From an uncultured Candidatus Saccharibacteria bacterium (lineage in GTDB: Bacteria > Patescibacteriota > Minisyncoccia > CAIUEV01 > JAHKAQ01): DNA of 64,000 bases. Each line of letters opens with the position of its first letter. Positions within the stretch are counted from its first letter, which is position 1. The DNA is taken from the NCBI GenBank assembly GCA_964598205.1, contig CAZRBB010000005.1, positions 5,721-69,720 on the forward strand. The letters run 5' to 3'. The position numbers and the translations under genes were made by a program. Below are positions 39,005 through 47,967 of the stretch, one piece after another. The notes beneath the pieces are model-generated. The model was not told the origin of the DNA. It worked only from the letters and a program-made list of their open reading frames with translations, and searched no databases.

Positions 39005-40045
39005 TTAATCATCCTTAGTATCCTTGTTTTTAATCTGAACCTGCTCTAAATTTATTTCCTGTCTTTCTTCTTGATTTGAATCTTGTCCTTGTCCTTGTCC
39101 TTGACTCTGTTCTTGTGTCTGATTCTTATTCTTCTTTAATTCCTCACAATCGTCAAAGTATTTATAGTAGACCCGCTTAGGAATTCGCAAGTCTAAATAT
39201 TCTAAACAAACTCTGTTTTCTGGTCCAATTTCCTTAGCTAAAATTACTTTTAAGGTCTCTGACAATTGCAATAGAGGCATTTTAACATCTACCAAAAGCA
39301 GCCATCCTTCCTCCATTTTCAATTTTAACTCCGAAGCAAAAATTAAAGGAGAAAAAATATCGTTAATTTTTAATCGATTATTTTCTTCTAAATATTTTTT
39401 AACATTGCTAGCAAAATCCACATAAACAGCCGTATTAATTCCCCGGCCAGCTTCTGTAACACTTCCCGACTCGTCTCTTACTAAAACAAATCGTCCACCA
39501 TATCGTGACAAATCTGTTAGAGGGAAAACATCGATCGCCGTTCCCTCTTTGTCTAAGGCAGTACATCTTTCGTTCCCACAAAAAACAACCGTCACCGATT
39601 TTATCGTAGCAGTCACCCTTAACTTATCTGGAAACTTTCTTTCTACCTGAGCTTCATTTACATTTTTAAATTTATCTAGAATATCTTTTTTAATCGCCAC
39701 CGCTGGCACCCAAAATAAATGATCCTTACGCAAAAAAACAAACCGCTTTCCTAAAAGTTGCTTGTCTACCTCTACCTTAATAGCTGCCACATCCACTCCC
39801 TCATCTCCTTTTACAATCACCTCCTTCACCATTAAAAAAGGTGAAATAAAAATCAAATAAAAAATAAGCGAAAGAACAAAGGCAATAGAAAAATGATAAA
39901 AAAACACTGCCAAAACCAAGCGATACTTTGGCAAATTTGTTTTTTGAGTCACTAAATCAATCTTTGGTTTTCTCTTGAAAAAAGATTTTTTCCTAACAGA
40001 AGGAGTCGGTCGCCTGCGTGTTCTTTTTTTTGGTAAGAAAGCCAT
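39005..40045 (-). CDS. FtsQ/DivIB-like cell division protein
   Basis: Basic N-terminus, one TM, POTRA-like region (VERKFPDKL), YLDLR near the C-terminus. Confidence 0.8.
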   Translation of the reverse strand: MAFLPKKRTRRRPTPSVRKKSFFKRKPKIDLVTQKTNLPKYRLVLAVFFYHFSIAFVLSLIFYLIFISPFLMVKEVIVKGDEGVDVAAIKVEVDKQLLGKRFVFLRKDHLFWVPAVAIKKDILDKFKNVNEAQVERKFPDKLRVTATIKSVTVVFCGNERCTALDKEGTAIDVFPLTDLSRYGGRFVLVRDESGSVTEAGRGINTAVYVDFASNVKKYLEENNRLKINDIFSPLIFASELKLKMEEGWLLLVDVKMPLLQLSETLKVILAKEIGPENRVCLEYLDLRIPKRVYYKYFDDCEELKKNKNQTQEQSQGQGQGQDSNQEERQEINLEQVQIKNKDTKDD

Positions 40046-40057
40046 ATCAATTAACCA

Positions 40058-41374
40058 CTATTTCTTGGTTATTTTTTCCATTCCTCCTGGCAAATACTTT
40101 CTTAAAACTTCTGGAATAATCACCGAACCGTCTTTTTGTTGATAGTTTTCTAAAATGGCGATCAATGGCCGGACCGAAGGCAGCGCCGTATTGTTTAAAA
40201 GAAAAGCATATTTCTTTTCTCCATCCTTGGTAACATACTTAATATTCATGCGTCTTGCCTGCCAATCAGTAAAGTTAGTTGCCGATCCGGTTTCTCCCCA
40301 ACGATTCAAACCCGGCATCCAAGCTTCCAAATCAAAAGCCCGATATTTACCAGGAGACATATCACCAGTACAAATTTGCAATCTACGATAAGGTAGTCCC
40401 AAGTCGCGATGAATCTCTTCAGAGATCGCCACCATCTCTTCTTGAATGGCGGTAGACTTTTCCACATCCGCCGAACAAACCACCACCTGCTCTACCTTCA
40501 TAAATTCATGCACCCGATAAAGCCCCCTTGTGTCTTTTCCATAACTTCCAATTTCACTCCTATAACAAGGACTAAATCCGCAAACTCTAATTGGTAGATT
40601 TTCTTCCTTTAGGACTTCGTCAGAAAAATAAGCCAAAAGACTTGGCTCGGCCGTTCCCACTAAAAACTTTTTTTCTTTGCTCTTCTCTCCATCCGCTTCT
40701 TTATCTGAAGTTGCCACCTGATAAATCTCGTCTACTTCTCCGTCATATTCTGTCCCCTTAAAATAACCGCTGCCAAAAAGCGGAAAGCCCTTAACCAATG
40801 TCGGCGGAATCATCGGTGTATAACCCTTCTCTGCCATTTTATGAAAAGCAAACATCATTAAAGCCATAGCCAAAAGCGCCCCTTCATTTTTTAAGTAATA
40901 ACCACGGTAACCACCTACCTTGGCGCCTTTTTCAAAATCAGCTAAATCCAAATCCAAAGCAATTTTTATATGCGTCTTTACCGGAAAATCAAAAACAGGA
41001 ATTTTCCCAAAACAAGAAATCTGCTGGTTTTCGTCACAGTTTTTCCCTACGGGAGTATCCGCCGAAGGAATAGCCGGAACCCTAACCATTAATTCTTGAT
41101 AAATCTTTTCAATCTCTTTCTCCTTCTTTTCTAAAGTTACCAATTTTTCTTTAATTTCCCGACCTTCTTTAATTTCTTTTTCTTCTGGCTTTCCTTTTTT
41201 ACCGGCTTCTGCCAATTCGTTTCTTTTTTTTCGCAAACTATCAATCTCCCCTAAAATTTTTCGACGGTTATCGTCAGCCACCAAAAGTTCGTCTAAATTT
41301 AGGGTGACATTTTTATTTTCAATCGCCTTCCGCAATGCCTCTTGGTTTTCTCTAATAAATTTAATGTCTAACAT
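40058..41374 (-). CDS. serS: Serine--tRNA ligase
   Basis: MLDIKFIREN, GTAE, GLYRVHEF.KVE, ILENYQ. Confidence 0.97.
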   Translation of the reverse strand: MLDIKFIRENQEALRKAIENKNVTLNLDELLVADDNRRKILGEIDSLRKKRNELAEAGKKGKPEEKEIKEGREIKEKLVTLEKKEKEIEKIYQELMVRVPAIPSADTPVGKNCDENQQISCFGKIPVFDFPVKTHIKIALDLDLADFEKGAKVGGYRGYYLKNEGALLAMALMMFAFHKMAEKGYTPMIPPTLVKGFPLFGSGYFKGTEYDGEVDEIYQVATSDKEADGEKSKEKKFLVGTAEPSLLAYFSDEVLKEENLPIRVCGFSPCYRSEIGSYGKDTRGLYRVHEFMKVEQVVVCSADVEKSTAIQEEMVAISEEIHRDLGLPYRRLQICTGDMSPGKYRAFDLEAWMPGLNRWGETGSATNFTDWQARRMNIKYVTKDGEKKYAFLLNNTALPSVRPLIAILENYQQKDGSVIIPEVLRKYLPGGMEKITKK

Positions 41375-41454
41375 CTCTATTTGATTACAAATTAATTTTC
41401 AATTGCGATTTTTGATTAAATTTCTCTATATTCATAGCAATAACTTAGAACCGA

Positions 41455-42375
41455 TTAAAGTTGCCAGCTGTTCATTTTAAAACGCACCACCTCTTTAATA
41501 AACTTAAAAGTAGCATTCTTAATTCTAGGCAACCGTGCCGGCTCTTTGATTAAACGGAAAAGCCATTCTAACCCTCGTTCCCTCATCCATCGTGGTGCTC
41601 TTTTTTTAGTATGTGCCAAAAAATCCAAAACCCCGCCAATTCCCACCGCCACCTTAACGCTTGGCATTCGATCCATGTTTTTAAAAATCCACTCTTCTTG
41701 CTTAGGACTACCAAGACCGACCAAGAGAATATCTGGCTGCGCCTTATTCACTGCTTCAAATAGTTTTTCCTTGCTTCCCTTCTTTACAAAACCGCCACGA
41801 CTGCCAACCACCAAACCTTTAGGGTATTTCCTCTCTAGTTCCAACTGGGCTCTTTGAGCTACTCCTTTTCCCCCACCCAAAAGATAAACCGAAAAGTTTC
41901 CTTCTTTAGTTAAATCCATTAACAAATTAACCAAGGAAGAACCGGTAACCCGCTCCGGAATTACCGATTTTATGAATTTTGGGAAAAGCGCCACCGCCGA
42001 AAGACTATAAAAAGCCTGAAACAAAGCGATCATTTTATAACGATAGATCCGCCATTTCCGTGAACGGGAAAAATTATCGTTAATCTTTAAGCTTAAATAC
42101 TTAGCCGCCCAAAGCACACCAATTCCATCGGCCAAATTCAAATCAGAAAAATTAAGAATTCGCAGAAACCGGTCATTAGTCTGTGCCTCTATTACAAATT
42201 CAGCATTAACTGTTGCTAAAAAATGTTGTTTTTTGTCTCGTAGGAAACCGTTTAGAATTCTTGCTAATTCGCTCTTTCTAAAAGAATCCACACCCACGCC
42301 CAAAATACCAATCCGATCACTACCAAGCTCACTACCAAACTCATTTTTTAAAATCGATTTTTGCCCTGTTTTCAT
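41455..42375 (-). CDS. WecB/TagA/CpsF family glycosyltransferase
   Basis: ADGIG, ERVTG, VGLGSPKQE, RAP.WM...GLEWLFRL. Confidence 0.93.
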   Translation of the reverse strand: MKTGQKSILKNEFGSELGSDRIGILGVGVDSFRKSELARILNGFLRDKKQHFLATVNAEFVIEAQTNDRFLRILNFSDLNLADGIGVLWAAKYLSLKINDNFSRSRKWRIYRYKMIALFQAFYSLSAVALFPKFIKSVIPERVTGSSLVNLLMDLTKEGNFSVYLLGGGKGVAQRAQLELERKYPKGLVVGSRGGFVKKGSKEKLFEAVNKAQPDILLVGLGSPKQEEWIFKNMDRMPSVKVAVGIGGVLDFLAHTKKRAPRWMRERGLEWLFRLIKEPARLPRIKNATFKFIKEVVRFKMNSWQL

Positions 42376-42469
42376 GGCTTCATTTTAGCTTAAACCAAGG
42401 CGAAATTCAAACCGAGCATTATTTTTGGTGGACATAAAAAACAAAAAAAGCTAGATTAAAAGCCAAATT

Positions 42470-42541
42470 GCCGAGTTCGTCTAGGGGTTAGGACGCCAGG
42501 TTCTCATCCTGGTAACACGGGTTCGAGTCCCGTACTCGGTA
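42470..42541 (+). tRNA. tRNA-Glu(CTC)
   Basis: GCCGAGT acceptor stem, CCAGG-TTCTCAT-CCTGG anticodon arm, GGTTCGAGTCC T-arm. Confidence 0.95.
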
Positions 42542-42574
42542 CACTGTAAAATCCAACCAAATTGAGACTCAAAA

Positions 42575-42620
42575 AAGCCCCTAATTTCTCGCCAAAACAA
42601 TCGCGAAGAATCAGGGGCTT
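42575..42620. terminator. Hairpin after tRNA-Glu, between convergent transcripts
   Basis: AAGCCCCT...AGGGGCTT followed by a T-rich run. Confidence 0.55.
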
Positions 42621-42639
42621 AGTTTTTATTAAAAAAGTC

Positions 42640-43827
42640 TCACCTCCGACTCTTGGCCACTAAAATTTCCAAATACGAATCAGTCGTAAAGTCTTCCGTA
42701 GAAAGACCAAGTTTTTTTAATAAGTTATCTAGCTTTTCTTTTTCCATTTCTTTTTCTTCATCTAAAAATATCTCCACAAAATAGCCTAGCTCTTGTTCTG
42801 CCAGTTCCCCTTTCCGACCAAACACTCGATCGGTAGAAAATTTTATTCCATCCAATTCAAAGACTCGCCTTTCCTTGGTAACCGTTGCCGCTCTAAACCC
42901 ATAAACATCCACAAATCGTTCTGCCGAACGCCTGCTCAGTTTAAACTTAAACGCCGCTCGCTTTTTAAAGTCCGAATCAATGGGTGGCCCTTCGTAGATA
43001 AAAAGAAAATTCTCTTTCTCCTTCCTAATTCGCAGCGTCTCCCCTGTTTCTCCAAAGTTTCCCCGAAAAGGATAGTAATAAGCGTCTGCTTGTTTTAATA
43101 ATTCAATTTCTCTTCCTCCGGCTTCTTTTATTTTCTTTGGATCTAGTTTTCGTTTAAATTTAAACTGCACTCGATACAAACCAAACTTTTCTGCTTCTTT
43201 TTTGGGATCATAATCATTTTTTACCACCCAATCGGCACTCAATCGCCCTGGCTCCACAAATTCTTGGTGCATTGGCTCCACAATTTCCGTAAAATAGCGA
43301 ATAATGTTTTCCGGACTACGACCAGTCTCACTTATGTAATGAAAAAGTCGCCGCACAATCCGACCGTGCTTTTGAGCGTCTATAAAAATCTTTAAATCAT
43401 AATTGGCAATAAATTCAGCCGAAAGCGCAAATAATCCCTCTACTAAAATCACTCGAGTCGGCGCAAACAATTCCTCACCCACTCTTTTATTAAATCTTTT
43501 GTCGTAAATCGGCTTCTTGACTGACCGCCCTTTTTTAATTTCCTCCAAGTGACGAATAAAAAGATTCAAGTCCAATGCTTTTGGACAGTCCCAATTCACC
43601 AAACCATTTTCCTTTTTTAAATCTTTTAAGTCCAAATAATAACTATCCATGGAAAGAACTGCCGCTTTTTTTCCCAACCGATTTTTTATTTCCGCACAAA
43701 AAACATTAGTCTTGCCAGAAGAAGAGCCACCCGCCACCCCAATAACAAAAGGACTTTTAAGCGATTTTTTACTTACCGCCCTAATTACGCTTTTGATTCC
43801 TTCTTTTAAGTTAAATTCTTGAGACAT
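42640..43827 (-). CDS. Uridine kinase-like P-loop domain fused to a CYTH domain
   Basis: GVAGGSSSGKT, SMDSYY, NWDCP, VEGLFAL; then Q.DAYY, LRIR, V.KERRVF, LGYFVEI, SYLE. Confidence 0.82.
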   Translation of the reverse strand: MSQEFNLKEGIKSVIRAVSKKSLKSPFVIGVAGGSSSGKTNVFCAEIKNRLGKKAAVLSMDSYYLDLKDLKKENGLVNWDCPKALDLNLFIRHLEEIKKGRSVKKPIYDKRFNKRVGEELFAPTRVILVEGLFALSAEFIANYDLKIFIDAQKHGRIVRRLFHYISETGRSPENIIRYFTEIVEPMHQEFVEPGRLSADWVVKNDYDPKKEAEKFGLYRVQFKFKRKLDPKKIKEAGGREIELLKQADAYYYPFRGNFGETGETLRIRKEKENFLFIYEGPPIDSDFKKRAAFKFKLSRRSAERFVDVYGFRAATVTKERRVFELDGIKFSTDRVFGRKGELAEQELGYFVEIFLDEEKEMEKEKLDNLLKKLGLSTEDFTTDSYLEILVAKSRR

Positions 43828-43834
43828 GGGAGAT

Positions 43835-43986
43835 TAATTTCTAATTACTAGTTTTGAATTTCGAAATAAATTTTAATAGTTAATTTTAAAACAGTTCGAT
43901 TTTACTAAATGAAACTTTTCCGAAGCTTGTTTTAAAATTTAAATTTCTAATTTATTTCGAAATTCAAAATTCAAAATTCAAAATTA
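43835..43986. repeat. Heptamer-repeat palindrome
   Basis: TTTTGAATTTCGAAATAAATT...AATTTATTTCGAAATTCAAAA followed by tandem TTCAAAA. Confidence 0.8.
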
Positions 43987-44100
43987 TCCAATTCCCTCTC
44001 TAGAATCCTAGCCTGCCTTGCTCAAAACGGCAAATTAACCTAACTTTAAGGCTAAAAAGAACCTTACCAACCACCAACCAAAACCCGAGGGAGGGCTATC

Positions 44101-44925
44101 ATGATCAAGCTAGTTGTAATGGATCTAGACGGAACCTGCTTGGTTCCAGATCCAATCATTGGTTTAGGCGGCAAGGAGGAACATTTTCCCAAATCATTAA
44201 TAAAATGTTCCAAAAAGATTAACATACCGTTCACTCTGGCCACCGGAAGAACTTTTTCCGGATTAAGTGTTCTCTTGAGCAGAGAAAACCCGCTCCATTC
44301 CAGGACGCCAATCATTACAGATAACGGTTCCAGAATGGCAAAGCACTGCGGTGAACTCCATTGGGAGAAAAAACTTTCCGAAGCAGAAATTGCAGCCACC
44401 TTGGAATCTTTCGATTCTCAAAGAAAAGGCAGTGATGCAATCCTGTTTTTCCCCCACAAGGCCGAAGGAGTTTTCTTCTCAAGAAGTAAAAAAACACTGA
44501 AAATCTGCAGACATTATGTTAAGCAATATTTAAAAGATTTTAAGGAGTTTTCTGCTTCCGCTCTTACCCAGGAGCCAGCTCAAATCATCATCCGAGGCAC
44601 CGAAAGATCGTTCCGTTTCCCGGAACACCTTAACCATTCGGGCAACGGCGGGAACAATGGCAAGCACACCTGCCATTGGCAAAACATCCAGCCGACCGGC
44701 ATTAACAAGGCGGAAAGCATTAAGCGACTACTGGAACTGACCGGTATTCTCCCCGAAGAAATGATTTTTGCCGGAGACGACACCAATGACCGAGTAGTTT
44801 TTCGGGATCCGGTCCTGGCTCCAGCCAAAAAAATCGTAGTCGGTTCCAAGCTAAGGGAGGAGTCAGCAGATATCCGCATTGACTCACCGCACCAGCTGGC
44901 CGAAGCGATTTACAAAATCGTCTAG
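44101..44925 (+). CDS. Cof-type HAD hydrolase (subfamily IIB)
   Basis: DLDGT, ATGR, NKA, AGDDTND; GAGGGAGG ribosome-binding site upstream. Confidence 0.88.
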   Translation: MIKLVVMDLDGTCLVPDPIIGLGGKEEHFPKSLIKCSKKINIPFTLATGRTFSGLSVLLSRENPLHSRTPIITDNGSRMAKHCGELHWEKKLSEAEIAATLESFDSQRKGSDAILFFPHKAEGVFFSRSKKTLKICRHYVKQYLKDFKEFSASALTQEPAQIIIRGTERSFRFPEHLNHSGNGGNNGKHTCHWQNIQPTGINKAESIKRLLELTGILPEEMIFAGDDTNDRVVFRDPVLAPAKKIVVGSKLREESADIRIDSPHQLAEAIYKIV

Positions 44926-44992
44926 AACCAGAACCTAAATCCAAAGACATTCCCAATTCGCTAAAAATCAATCAACCAACCCAACCTCAACC

Positions 44993-45038
44993 AAGAAGCG
45001 CTCTGTTCTAATTATTATCTTAGAAAAAAGCGCTTCTT
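44993..45038 (+). terminator. Hairpin downstream of the HAD gene
   Basis: AAGAAGCGCT...AGCGCTTCTT followed by T-rich sequence. Confidence 0.5.
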
Positions 45039-45274
45039 TAATTTTCCCCCATTTCCCCTAATTCCTCTCCATATTCTCCTAAGAATCAAAGCCCTAATCT
45101 ACTATCCTCGCTTGGATTGCAAAAAAAACCTACAATTAAGCGTATTAATTCATGGTGCTATTTTTGAAGATAAGCCTTCGTATAGCCAGACTGCCAAGAA
45201 TAAAGAAATGTGCCAAACTCGTAAGTCCTTATTAATAGAATAAATGTTGTTCGGAATGACACTAACAGTGATTA

Positions 45275-45862
45275 ATGGCCAAAAAATCAAACAATAAACT
45301 AAAATCAGACGCCGAACTTCTTTTAATGGCTCAAAAAGACCCTGAACTTTTTGGCTCCTTAATAGAACGCTATGCTGACCCCCTAAAACGCTTCCTAAGA
45401 AGAACTTTCTTTCTTCTGCCAGAAGACCTAGAAGATATTACCCAAGAAGTTTTTGTTAAAGTTTACCAAAAAAGTAACGCTTACAATCCTTCCTTAAAAT
45501 TTTCTAGCTGGATCTACCAAATCGCCAGAAACCATGCCTTAGACTTTTTAAGAAAAAACAAAAAACGCCGCGGCGATTTTTATTTAGAAGAAAAAGATTT
45601 AACAAAAATTATCCGCTCCAGTTCTGACTCAGAAAAAGAAATTTTTATTAAAGACTGCTTTTTAAAGGTAAAAAAAATAATTAGTAACCTGGATTCTAAA
45701 TATCAGGAAATACTTATCCTCCGTTTCTTAGAAGAAAAAAACTACGAAGAAATTGCCGATATCTTAAAGAAGCCCCCAGGAACAATTGCCTCTTTGGTTG
45801 CTCGTGGCAAAAAAATACTCCAAAAAGAATTAAAAGCCCAAAACATTAACTGCCTTAATTAA
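45275..45862 (+). CDS. ECF sigma factor
   Basis: EDITQEVFVK, FSSWIYQIARN, YEEIADILKKPPGTI. Confidence 0.93.
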   Translation: MAKKSNNKLKSDAELLLMAQKDPELFGSLIERYADPLKRFLRRTFFLLPEDLEDITQEVFVKVYQKSNAYNPSLKFSSWIYQIARNHALDFLRKNKKRRGDFYLEEKDLTKIIRSSSDSEKEIFIKDCFLKVKKIISNLDSKYQEILILRFLEEKNYEEIADILKKPPGTIASLVARGKKILQKELKAQNINCLN

Positions 45863-45866
45863 GCTC

Positions 45867-46583
45867 ATGAACAAAGAAAAAACCGCTTCCGCGGTGATCA
45901 AGAAAATCAAAGAAGAAAAAATTGCTCCCGAACCTAAGTGGAAAATAAAAACCAGGGACGGAGCAGTTTGGTTTTTGTTTTTTCTTTTTATTTTTTGGGG
46001 TGGCTTAATTTCTTCACTTCTTTTTTCCTCTGTTTCGGAAATAGAAAATGATCTCTTTTGGAACTACCATTTATTATTAGAAAATAGTATTCCCCTCTTA
46101 TGGCTTCTCTTGGCCTCTTTATTCCTAACCCTTGCCCTTATTATTTTTCAAAAAACGGCTAGGGGATACCGCTACCATTGGGAGCTAGTGCTTTTAATCT
46201 TAATCTTGGCCGCCGGAGCGCTAGCTCTAGGATTAAAATTAACCAAACCCGGAAGGAATATTGAAGGAATCTTAAACTGCCCTTATCACAAGTTCCAAGA
46301 AGGAACTAAAAAAAAGCAGTGGTCAAAACCAGAAACCGGTTTCTTAGGAGGGAAGATACAAACCATTCAACCAGAAGCTTTTATTTTAGAAGATTTTAAA
46401 GGAAATACATGGTTAGTTCCTTGCTGTTTAAATGTTCGAATCAAAGGAGGCCTAAAACTAAAAGAAAATCTGTTAATCAAAATAATCGGCCAAAGAACCA
46501 ATAATAAAGATGAATCAGAAATCTTTGAAGCAGAAGAAATCAGACCATGGCAAAGGAATGGAACTCTCTTGCAATATTTTTAA
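45867..46583 (+). CDS. Membrane protein, probable anti-sigma factor
   Basis: Three TM helices, directly downstream of the ECF sigma gene. Confidence 0.6.
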   Translation: MNKEKTASAVIKKIKEEKIAPEPKWKIKTRDGAVWFLFFLFIFWGGLISSLLFSSVSEIENDLFWNYHLLLENSIPLLWLLLASLFLTLALIIFQKTARGYRYHWELVLLILILAAGALALGLKLTKPGRNIEGILNCPYHKFQEGTKKKQWSKPETGFLGGKIQTIQPEAFILEDFKGNTWLVPCCLNVRIKGGLKLKENLLIKIIGQRTNNKDESEIFEAEEIRPWQRNGTLLQYF

Positions 46584-46650
46584 GAAAGAAGCGTATTAAT
46601 AGACAGAGGAGCCTAGGAACCTCAAAAAATTTAAGCAATAATCAAAGCAA

Positions 46651-47049
46651 ATGAATCAAAGAAATAAATTAATCTTAGGAAGTATTATTGGTTTGGGAGT
46701 CGTTGCTTCCGCTTCCGCCTTCGCCCTTTCTTCTTTTAATAACGCCCAGGCAGAAACCAACGGTCCTGGCACTAGAATGGGACCCAACTATTCACCAGAA
46801 AGACACGCCCAAATGGAAGAAGCGTTTAATAACAATAACTATGCTCAGTGGAAAGAACTGCAAGGAAATCGTGGTCAAGTAAGCCAAGTAGTCAACGAAC
46901 AAAATTTTGCTCGGTTCGCCGAAGCCCATCGCTTAATGATTCAAGGTAAAACCGAAGAGGCCACTAAAATAAGAGCCGAATTGGGACTCAAGAATCAAGC
47001 AGGCGGAAGAATAAGAGATGGAGGTTGCAACTGCGCTAACCAAAAATAA
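46651..47049 (+). CDS. Secreted hypothetical protein
   Basis: Signal peptide (ASAFA); NFARFAEAH..IRAELG motif. Confidence 0.7.
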   Translation: MNQRNKLILGSIIGLGVVASASAFALSSFNNAQAETNGPGTRMGPNYSPERHAQMEEAFNNNNYAQWKELQGNRGQVSQVVNEQNFARFAEAHRLMIQGKTEEATKIRAELGLKNQAGGRIRDGGCNCANQK

Positions 47050-47077
47050 ATTTTTTAGATATATCCTTTTTGTTTGG

Positions 47078-47110
47078 CACTCCCGGGTTTAAGCTCGGGA
47101 GTGTTTTTTT
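47078..47110 (+). terminator. Rho-independent terminator overlapping the lgt stop codon
   Basis: CACTCCCGGGT-TTAA-GCTCGGGAGTG followed by a T run. Confidence 0.75.
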
Positions 47111-47967
47111 ATTCCTTTTTTTTCCAACCGATTAATAAAAAACCAAAGAACCGCTCCTGTAATAATCATTAAAAAGCAAAGCAACTGCCCCAAACTCAAT
47201 TTACCCAAAAGAAAACCCAAATGCTCGTCTGGCTCTCGCCAAAACTCAATCACAAAACGAATCGTTCCATAACTAAAAAGATAAAGAGGCAATAAATAAG
47301 CTTTCGCCTTCTTCTTATTTCTTAAATTCCAAAGCAAAATAAAAATAAAAATACCTTCACCCAAGGCTTCGTAAAGTTGTGACGGATGCCGCAAAAAACT
47401 TTCTCCATCTAAAAAATAGGCATTGGGAAAATACATCCCCCAAGGTTTTTGAGTAACCCTCCCCCACAATTCACCATTAAAAAAATTGCCCATCCGCCCC
47501 CAAAAATAACCTAATGGCACGGCCGGTAAAATAAAATTAAGAGCCGAAAAAAAAGGTAAACCACTTTTTTTAGAATAAAACCAAAAAGCCAATAGACTTC
47601 CAATTAAACCGCCATGGTAACTCATTCCGTAAATCCCCCGATACCTAAATCCACCTTCCTCCCAAACAAATGGACTAAAAACGCCCAGCGGATGAGAAAA
47701 AAAACCAGATAAATCGTAGAAAAAAACATACCCTAGTCGTGCCCCTAAAATCAATCCCCCAAAAACCCAAAAAAGACTTTCTATTAATTTTTCACGATCC
47801 AAAGAAGAAGTATCTTTCCAAAAACGATACAGCACTAAAAGATAAACTGTAAAAAATCCCAAAAGATAGCCCATAAAATACCAACGCACCGTAAAAAATC
47901 CCCAGCTAAAAATCTCAGGATTAATTTTATACGGCAAGAATTGCCAAAAAGAAATCAGATTTTCCAT
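47089..47967 (-). CDS. lgt: Prolipoprotein diacylglyceryl transferase
   Basis: GARLGYV, GMSYHGG, GRMGNFFNGELWGR, RHPSQLYE; ATG 47967 overlaps the murF stop (TAATG). Confidence 0.96.
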   Translation of the reverse strand: MENLISFWQFLPYKINPEIFSWGFFTVRWYFMGYLLGFFTVYLLVLYRFWKDTSSLDREKLIESLFWVFGGLILGARLGYVFFYDLSGFFSHPLGVFSPFVWEEGGFRYRGIYGMSYHGGLIGSLLAFWFYSKKSGLPFFSALNFILPAVPLGYFWGRMGNFFNGELWGRVTQKPWGMYFPNAYFLDGESFLRHPSQLYEALGEGIFIFILLWNLRNKKKAKAYLLPLYLFSYGTIRFVIEFWREPDEHLGFLLGKLSLGQLLCFLMIITGAVLWFFINRLEKKGIKKHSRA

